Of a stretch of DNA of 64,000 nucleotides, positions 54,846 to 64,000 are shown in pieces. The notes beneath the pieces were generated by a model. The model saw only the letters and a program-made list of their open reading frames with translations. It was not told where the DNA came from and did no database searches. The position numbers and the translations under genes are program-made. How positions within the stretch are numbered: position 1 is the stretch's first letter; every line of letters starts with the position of its first letter. The DNA lies in NCBI RefSeq assembly GCF_001194135.2, contig NC_068999.1:50890713-50954712 (forward strand). Direction: 5' to 3'. This DNA is from Octopus bimaculoides (taxonomy: Eukaryota).

Positions 54846-54911
54846 ATTAATAGCCGACGAGAATGTATCGTAGCTCTTAGCTCTGGCATTCGAAACTCCG
54901 AGTACTATAAT
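54846..54911 (+). ncRNA. Type I hammerhead-ribozyme-like motif (U4C core variant)
   Basis: ATTAATAG-CCGACGA-GAATG-(21 nt)-CATTC-GAAA-CTC-C-GAG-TA-CTATAAT: stems I, II and III all pair, canonical G10.1-C11.1, GUA triplet. Confidence 0.7.
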
Positions 54912-55493
54912 GAGAACCTTTTACTGTTTGTTCTAATTTATAACATATATAAATAATCCTATATTTCTCTAATATCGATGTCTCATTCTTTCGTTGTTAC
55001 ATGTTACTATTACTACATATATATATATACATATATACGCAATGATGAATGGATAGATGAATGGATTTCTGCGTGCCCCCTCTTATTTCAAATAACGTAT
55101 TTCCTGACATATAGAAACATTTTCTAGGTAATAAATTATAATTGAGTATATCGTTTTGTCGAGGAATTGCTTCAAATTCAAATGGAAACGTAAATAAAAA
55201 TATGTTGTTACTATATATTAATACCAGAAATAATATACAAATATATTTATATCAGAAATGTTATACGCAAAAAGAAACATAAATAGAAATATAAGCACAA
55301 GATGTTGAAGCATGTGAACGATTCTTTAAGTAAAATGAGAGAAATTTTCGTGTTTCCATTTATATATTTTCCCATTGTAAGTTTGTTTTATAATGTTATG
55401 CTATTTTTATATTAAAGATGTTTGTAATAAAACACTAATGCAGTTTTATGAGATTACTACGTAAGATAAAATATTTCCGATATACTAACATAC

Positions 55494-55497
<4 letters not shown>

Positions 55498-55566
<69 letters not shown>
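55498..55566. repeat. (TA)n microsatellite
   Basis: Direct reading. Confidence 0.97.
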
Positions 55567-55577
<11 letters not shown>

Positions 55578-56295
55578 ATATGTATTTATTTATTTATATA
55601 TTTGTAATATATGTGTGTATATGGGAATGTATAGAATACATGTATACAAATCTCTCTCTCTCTCTCTCGTTCTTTTTCTCTTCCCTGTATGTGAGTGTGT
55701 TGCTGAGTTTTTTGGGGCTTTCACATTCAAAACTTCTGACTGGTTTACTGATGAAATAATACAGAGGCTCGCACATTTCGTCACCGAATCTGTAGGGAAG
55801 GCCACTACATGGACATGGCTTGGCATGAAAAGGGCCAACCAGTGTTTTACATTCGGAATAGCAGTTGAGTCTTGATTAAAAAGACGGGTCAACTAGGCGA
55901 GGCAGGGGTCAATGTTAAAAGACGCGAAACGACTGAAACCTCAGGAACATCCTTCTTATGCATTCTATATCATCAGTTAGATGCATGTTGAAACAGTGAA
56001 TGCATACATACGTTTGTGTGTGTGTGTGTGTGTTATGTCCACTTTTGCGCAAGGTCAGTTGCTTATGTTATTGCATAATACATTATTAGGATGGGAGCAG
56101 CGTGTTGGGGGTGCACGTCGTTATCACGTGAGTGAAATTTCAGGCTTACAATTAAGGACAAAAGTTATTGTGCATAGATTAGTCATCGAACGAATGCCAT
56201 TGTTATAAATTGTTTGTTGCCAATTACTCTTTGGCGATATATGTACATTCATACAAACTAATAGATGGGTTTCTGGTGCGTATGTGTGCGTGTAT

Positions 56296-56332
<37 letters not shown>

Positions 56333-56338
56333 CGTGTA

Positions 56339-56377
<39 letters not shown>

Positions 56378-56969
56378 TTTCGTGATTAATTACGCTGTGC
56401 TACTTTGAAAGAAAGTGAACCGTCACATTCCAATGTTGTTAATAAGGTTGTACCTACTGGCTAGTTGGCATTGACTTAAACATTGACAATCTGTTTAAAA
56501 CAAGCTACGAGTTATTTAACTTGGCAGACAATTTTTTTTTCAAATATACACAACCGCTTACGTTTTTAAACAAATTGGCCAAGAACATAATTAGATTAGT
56601 GTATATCTGGTTTAATTTGCGGTAAAGGTATATCTTGATTTGCAGCACTTTATATTACTTACTTATTTATATGGACTTTTCAAAAGTATTTTATTAGTTT
56701 TGAAAGTGAAAATGAAAAAACAAAAAAAAAACAAAAAAGAATATCAGAAGTGTTTCATTTTCAACAGAAAACATTTTAACGCTGCTCTGATAAGTAGTAA
56801 TTTAAAAAAAAAAGAATGTTTGCAACAATTTATTAACTTTTAACTCATTTGTTTTCATAACAAATCCGTATTGTTTATATTTGCATTCTTGAAATCTTCG
56901 TAAAATTATCAGTGATCTGGTGGTAGCTGTGAGATAAAAACTGATAACTCATGAAATAAATCTATATTC

Positions 56970-57635
56970 AAAGTGAATTTTCATGTGATGTTACGGTCAA
57001 TAGATAATTTATGCGTTGTTCTATTGTAAGAATAGCTTTTCGTAGATGTAATTACTTTAATTTCGACAAACGGTCTGAGATCAAAGCCCATACAAAACAA
57101 GTACAGCTTTGAAATTTCGAAAGCAATAGCCTGGGGGCGCTTTCGATCAGGTGTCAGAAGACGTGGGACCGACCGACTAGAAATCATCGTCATGCCAAGT
57201 TCATCGTGCAGAACATTCTCAACTCTCTCACGGGACTAACTAATAGCATTAGCTCTTTGATTTATAATCAATCAGCTGTAATCCATCACCATGTGGTGAA
57301 CACGATCAACATTTTCATCGGTGGTAGTAGTTAGAGGAGGTCCAAATCTTGGATCATCTTCGAGACTCTTCGTTCCCCTCCTAATTTCAGCCGCCAACTT
57401 TACTACTGTTGATAAAGCTGGAGCGTCATCCCCTAATGTAGCAATCTTGTTAACATGAACACTTTAGGTGGCTAAACGCTTTTTCTGCAGGTACATGATA
57501 GCAGCATGATGCCAAATTTTATCTATTTTCCAGAGGATTCGCTATTTGAAGTTTTCTTCTTAACAGTGAGGTATTAGTTTACCTGGAAAGAACCAATGCA
57601 ATTATTAATAAGAATAATTGAAATTAAGGCATGCT
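56970..57635 (-). mobile_element. Mariner deletion derivative, same family as 21760-22446
   Basis: Minus strand IDKIWHHAAIMYLQKK...AAEIRRGTKSLEDDPR...ENVDRVHHMVMD...RERVENVLHDELGMTMISSRSVPRLLTPD; collinear with the 21.8-22.4 kb copy. Confidence 0.85.
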
Positions 57636-57667
57636 TATATGTCTTAGTTTCGTTTTTATCTCTGTGT

Positions 57668-57705
<38 letters not shown>

Positions 57706-57769
57706 CTATATGAATAATAAATCCTCGCGTTGAAGACGACGATGACGGATGAGTGTTGAGCTGCACAAA

Positions 57770-57979
57770 TAATTTGTTTATAGTGATGAAATGTATGTCA
57801 AATCGACATTGCCTGAACAAGTGCACGAGGTACCACGCGTCAGGTGTCGAAGTAATCGCAGAGCAACGTGAAATGAATTTTGCTCAACAAAAAAAACCCG
57901 CATCACCTTGTCTAGGAAGTGAAACAACGATCTCGCGGTCGTGAGTGCAACACCCTTACCACTCGGCCACGCGTCCTCA
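57770..57979 (-). mobile_element. tRNA/CORE-type SINE head
   Basis: Minus strand GTGGCCGAGTGGTAAGGGTGTTGCACTCACGACCGCGAGATCG...TTGAGCAAAATTCATTTCACGTTGCTC. Confidence 0.7.
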
Positions 57980-58204
57980 CACAGCCCCACACACACACAT
58001 ATATGTATATATATATATATATNNNNNNNNNNNNNNNNNNNNNNNNNNNNNNNNNNNNNNNNNNNNNNNNNNNNNNNNNNNNNNNNNNNNNNNNNNNNNN
58101 NNNNNNNNNNNNNNNNNNNNNNNNNNNNNNNNNNNNNNNNNNNNNNNNNNNNNNNNNNNNNNNNNNNNATATATGCGTGCGTATATGCGTGAGTGTATGA
58201 ATGT

Positions 58205-58355
58205 GTGTTTTGGGGCGTCTACCAATACCTCGCAATCGCTTGATAACCACTATTGTTTTGGTCCTTTCCCCGTCGCCTAACGGCTCAGCAAAAGAAATCG
58301 ACCGCCTAAGAGTCAGCAGGCCAATGAGTGAAACAAGTAACCGGTAAAAGAAGCA
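58205..58355 (+). mobile_element. Diverged SINE family B tail
   Basis: ATCGCTTGATAACC...AACGGCTCAGCAAAAGAAATCGA...GAAACAAGTAA. Confidence 0.6.
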
Positions 58356-61225
58356 TATCTGCTGTCCATATATTCATTTCTAAAAGTGTGTTCATGACTT
58401 TACTCTCGTGTCCGTATTTACGTATTTACGTAGATAAAGAATAGCTGTCTTTTAAACATATATTTATAGTTCGTTTGGCTATGAGTTTGGTATTTCCTTA
58501 GATTTTGTTCAGGTTTTTTTATTAGTACTTCACTCTACGTATATTGAATGTATACGCTTGTGAGTGTATATATATATATTTAAGCGTAATGAGAGCAGCT
58601 TTTCTTTTAAACATGGTGCTGATTCAACTATTTATGGGTTCAAAGTTTTATCAAATATTTTTTGATATCTCCTTATTAGTTCTTTATTCTTAGCTTGGAA
58701 TAATATGCGTCCAAGATGCATTAATGTTTAAAAATCTTATAAATCTTATCTTCCTTATATTCTGTGGATGACAGTGGCACATTTATTGCCTTCATTTTAT
58801 TGAAGGTGGCAATGATCGTGGGAACGATGGTTTCACTGATAAAAATTACCATCTCGCTATTTAATATTAGTTTAAGTGTTAACTTCAAGTTACTTTCAAC
58901 ATCCAATAGGATGGCATCCTTAAAAGGAGAAAGATCAACTAGATAACCTCACCGCGGATGCTGCCCTGATAAAAGCTGTTGGATCACATTTTAAATACAT
59001 ATTATCATATATATCATGAGTCTTAGTTCACCTGTGACTAAACAAAAAAAATAAATACTAAGTATGTTTACGTTTTGGTCGGAAACCCACGTCTTTATTA
59101 TGAGTAAAAAATATGTAAGTCATTGAAAAACGAAATAAAGTGTGGAGTCTGGAATGTGATGCTGAATCTAGAAAATAAATACAGAACATAGCACATTTGA
59201 AATGGGATGTAAGAACACAATATGTAGCAATGAAGAAAATAAGTTGCAGATACATAGAAAAAGGGGAGCATATTTAATAAATGAATTTATGGATGAATAA
59301 GCTAATATATTCCTAGATTGAATGGATGACTGGATGTGTTTACGCATGATTTGATATTTAAGTTTGAAGGTAAGAAAATCGGATATATTTCTGCAATCAT
59401 ATCGTGATGAAATACAATAAAATTTAAGGGCGAAAAATATGGGATTGAAAGATAGAAAAAAACAATTCGAATAGAGATAAAATTTAAGGAGCGAATGGAA
59501 ATTAAATGAAGAACATCTTCTAATATAAAACGTCTCACAGATATAAATAAACAAATAAATAGAAATGTAATATAAAATAAATGGAATACATATATTAATA
59601 GAAACAAAACAGAGGATGGAAAATATTCCTTAAAAAAATGAAACAAATATAAAGGGAAATGAAAGAAATTTAAAATTTAAGGAAAAAGTACTTAAATAAA
59701 GCATTTAATGCATGGATGAATGAAATAATGAAAGCATTGAAACTTGGGGAATTTATGCATAAATAAAGAAACCATAAATTTCAGAAAATACTGTAGGGGA
59801 TGGGAAAATATAAGACGGATTATAGAGGTTTCCTAAAAAAAAAAAAATCAAAAACGCATCTGAAGATAAAACAGATAAAACGAGAAATGGGGAGAAAGTT
59901 CTCCAAACCAATGTGTGTATGTGTGTGTGCGTGTGTGTATGTGTGCGTGTGTGTGTGTGTGCGTATGCATATATGTGTGTGTGCAATTATGTATGTATAT
60001 GTGTATTTATGTGTACATGGAGAAAATGAAAGCTGTTTGTTTATAGATTTTTAAATATGTATAAAATTACGAAATATGATTATATATATATATATATATA
60101 NNNNNNNNNNNNNNNNNNNNNNNNNNNNNNNNNNNNNNNNNNNATATATTTATATATAATCATATAAAATCATATATATGTATAATTTTATATACACGTG
60201 TGTGCGCGTGCGTGTGTAAATAAATTTGCATCATTAAAAAATGAGACAATTTTTTAAAGCCAGTATCACTTGGTGTTTCAACTGACCGGTATGACATTTG
60301 TCCAATGCAAAGTACGACATTTCTTTAAATACCGATATTTATCTACCATTATCATATTATCATATAATCGCAGTCGGAAATGGATTATGAAGAATTTAGA
60401 AGTTTCCCCGTGAACGTTAATACTGATCGTAATGGGACTGAAAACGGTATCATGTGGTTTAGAAGCAAACTTCTTAACACGCGAGGAATTCTTTTGTATA
60501 TTCTTCAATACATACACACATACAAGCATACATATGTGTGCGTGCGTGCGTGGGTGCGTGCGTGCGCATATGCGTTTGCTTTTGTATTTGAGTGTGTGTA
60601 TATCTGTATCCGTATGCATGAATGTGGTGGGTGTTCCAGTGAGTGTATGATCAATATGATTGGACGAACAAACATCAGCAGTGCTGTCGCGATGCAGCAA
60701 AGCGGTGGCGTTCTATCGCTCTGTAAGAGATTCACCTACACTCTGAATGACTGACAGCCATAAGGAATCTATCTAAGAATATGTAAAATGATTGTTACTG
60801 TTTAATTCTGATCTTGACATGCTTTGTTTTGAAAGAGCTTTTGTTATTTTTTCATTGCGATAATTTACTGGATTATAACTGTTATCTTTGACATCAAACC
60901 CTAGAAGTTCTCTATCATTTCTCTCCATAATGCCATATGAACTTTTACGTGGGATTAGCATACCACGCATTAAAAATCATTAAGAATAATTTAGAATTAT
61001 TATCTATAATCACATGTATTGTACTAGAGAATAGATATTTATATTGTTAACTATATAGATATATACGATTCTTCAACCATTGTACACACTGAAAACTAAT
61101 TCTCATGACAGACACACACGTATAAGAATAACAGCCATAGAACACAAGTTGATTACATTTCGCATAGGAGAGTTAATTATAAATGTGTATGTGCGTGTGT
61201 GTGTGTGTGTATCCTTTTGCATGTA

Positions 61226-61286
<61 letters not shown>

Positions 61287-61346
61287 TTAAACATGTATGC
61301 ACGTATATATAATATACACATATATATGTATGTGTGTGTGTGCGTG

Positions 61347-61387
<41 letters not shown>

Positions 61388-61992
61388 GTCGTACTGAATA
61401 GAGACTAGCGCTAAATCTACTGTTTCCTTCATCTATTATTATATAGACATATCTGTGTGTGTCCTGTGCGTGCGTATGTGTGAGCACGCGCAAGTGTGTA
61501 GTTACTTGTGTTGTTGTACATATGTGTCAGCACGCCTTGATATACTGGGTTATATATATGCCTAAGTGAGTATTAAATGCGCATAAGTTATAGAACCCAT
61601 AGATATTTATTTAATAAATTGTAATAAGATCTGTACTCTTAGCGACACAAGCAGAAGCAATGTGCCACCCACACAAATACCTACGCATTCATTAATGACT
61701 GCCGTGCAGTAATTCCACATATACATGGAGAAATCAGAGTGCTTCAAAGAGGAATCCGTAGAGAAGTTATACATGTAAATAGGCTTAACATACGCCACGT
61801 TATTTGTAAAATATTTACACGCGTGTGGGAGCATATATAACACCTATAATATAAAATGGTGTCTACTCACATAAAATATACATTCATATACACTCAGGTA
61901 TGCATTAATATGATTAACTCACATGCTTATCTAGCAAACCTATGTTAAATCACAAAATCACTCACGCACAAACGCGAACGCGAGCACACATG

Positions 61993-62049
<57 letters not shown>

Positions 62050-62150
62050 CGTCCTCTGTATGGTGGGATGGAAAATTTATTTCATGCAAAATTTTGTAGT
62101 CTGTTAGCAATTTTTAAGAATATTTAATTCCATTAAACTAAGTTCTAATC

Positions 62151-62212
<62 letters not shown>

Positions 62213-62485
62213 TATATACACATATATGCTTTATTCACTCATCTTCATTCTATGCTTTCCTCATTCACATTCAGAACTGGAATTACTACTATTGTTTAAT
62301 AAACGTTTCAATCAGTTTCATTCGACTTTAAAATTCATGGATGCGGACAGCGAACTCATCTTATCAGATATCTAGAGAAGTATAACGGGGTGTAAGATAA
62401 TTTCATGATGCCTTCTAAATTTTAGGCTTCTATCGGTCAATTCAGGAAATGTGGTGTAAATGTTGCAGATCTGATCCACATGCCC

Positions 62486-62745
62486 GTTGATAGGTAGTCC
62501 GCTGGGGGAGTATGCCATTGATAGGGTGACTGTTAATAGGGTAGCACGTTGATAAGGATGTCGTTAATTGGGAGGTGGTTGATAGGGAAGTAGATTGTAG
62601 GGTGGTGGCTGATAGGATAGGCCGTTGTTAGGGAAGTCGTTGATAGGGAAGCGTTTGATAGGGAGGTGGTTCATAGACTAGGCTGTTGATAGGGAGGCGA
62701 TTGATAGGGACGTCGCCAATAGTGCGAGCTATCGATAGGACATCA
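62486..62745. repeat. 15/16-bp minisatellite, 17 diverged units, consensus about GTTGATAGGGAGGTG
   Basis: Units counted by hand: 12 of 15 bp and 5 of 16 bp (units 2, 4, 9, 13, 16). Confidence 0.92.
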
Positions 62746-63357
62746 CTATGGTGGCCAGCTGCGCAATGATGTATTCATTCAAAAACATCAGTACATTGCA
62801 TTTAATAGCACATATGTTATGGCAGGGTGTTCTCGCGAGATAGTCGCTCGGTGGCCGTTCAGTAGAGTATTAACAGATTAGCGACAGCACAATTCACGTG
62901 GGAACAAAACCAGATTTGATGGTATTAGGTTCAAATTGATGCTGGATGATCAGCATGTTCGGATGGTAAGCTGCATAGGCGGCAGAGATAAAATAATCTG
63001 CTACCGTGCGTATGGTCAGCCAATCCTAGTATTGTAAACCAGTCAGCTTCCAGTGACCGATAGAAGTTCGGAGATTCTTCTACTTACGTTGTGGCTGTAA
63101 GCAAAATTCTTGATGAGCTCTCTACAAGGTTGCTACATGCCCTCTGCAAGAGCAGGGGAGGTATGTCCACTAAGTCGACATTTGTCAAATTGATGGTGAA
63201 TGATTGAGACAGACTGCAATCTTTAACAGATCCTTCCTGAATCTTACCCATAGCGTGGCCGTTCGTTAGCCTGAAATTGCCAGATCATCATTCCTAAACA
63301 GGGTAGCTTAAATACTGAGATTGAAAGGCAGGGGCCAGTTATGCTTACCTAATCTAC

Positions 63358-63414
<57 letters not shown>

Positions 63415-64000
63415 TACGTATTAGTCATAGTAATCAGAGTTACCTTCATAATTTTAATGAATTAGGTGCATATCTTACCATAAAAGGAAAGTGTTACTAT
63501 CGATCTATTTTATTCAAGGTAGGCACTGCTTACCTTGGTGGCATGTCCCTGATATAGATATAGATGTAATAAAGATAGGTAGTCAAGTAGTATGTATACG
63601 CAAATATGCACACTCACTCTCACACATTAACACACATAAATATATAATTATGAATACAGTTAGCATTGCTTTTTTGTTGTTTTTTTCTCATATTAGCAGA
63701 TGGTTTCAGAATTCATCACGATTCATGATTATTTTGGCTTATACTGACACATCTCCAGATACATCAAGCTACATATAATTTATTTACTGTGTGACACAAA
63801 TTACATAAGAAATAATAAACGGCTTATGATTTACTTGATACTAGGAAAAGGAGAAAAAGTATGAAAAGTATAATAAAACTGCTTTTTAATCCATTTAATA
63901 AGAATATTACTATATTAAAATGAATAATTCATATATCGAAAGTTTTTTTCTTTCTTTTCTTTTCTGTAAATTAAACGAAACTTTCAGTTGATACTGTATT

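Noticed and set aside
58721-58921. Minus-strand open frame after a strong acceptor (DAILLDVESNLKL...)
   Set aside because: No homology recognised; AT-rich low-information codons
62486-62745. Minisatellite as a coding pentapeptide repeat (PYQRL) or as tet-operator half sites (TCCCTATCA)
   Set aside because: The 16-bp units shift frame and stops occur; the tetO likeness is a half-site coincidence without the palindrome
62900-63300. Gypsy gag-like phrase (RELIK...RRISELLS) on the minus strand
   Set aside because: Too short and interrupted by stops to support without a search
972-63778. Many ORFs rich in YI/HT/CV/X runs, including all track ORFs above about 145 aa
   Set aside because: They are translations of (TA)n, (CA)n and N gaps, not proteins

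Overview
AT-rich, repeat-saturated eukaryotic DNA from a gapped assembly (about 13 N-runs, nearly all abutting (TA)n/(CA)n/(CT)n arrays). It looks intronic or intergenic. The SINE families and microsatellite load resemble a coleoid cephalopod (Octopus-like) genome; this is inference and needs a BLAST. No host gene can be identified. Most ORFs in the track are microsatellite or N-gap artefacts, and only a few short splice-compatible exon candidates exist (best: 51973-52023, +). Supported content: (i) several tRNA-headed SINE families in many copies; (ii) decayed DNA transposons, namely a Tc1-like element with DD36E spacing (27.1-28.1 kb), three mariner remnants (21.8-22.4, 41.8-42.6, 57.0-57.6 kb) and a Charlie/Buster-type hAT 5' remnant (37.3-38.15 kb); (iii) simple and compound repeats, a 54-bp palindrome and a 15/16-bp GATAGGG minisatellite inside a 13-bp inverted repeat. 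The most interesting signal is three minimal type I hammerhead-ribozyme-like motifs in short non-coding repeats next to (TA)n arrays (54846-54911 +, 49623-49658 +, 23115-23152 -). They resemble the hammerheads of Penelope-like elements and retrozymes, and the 54.9-kb copy has all three stems and only one core deviation.
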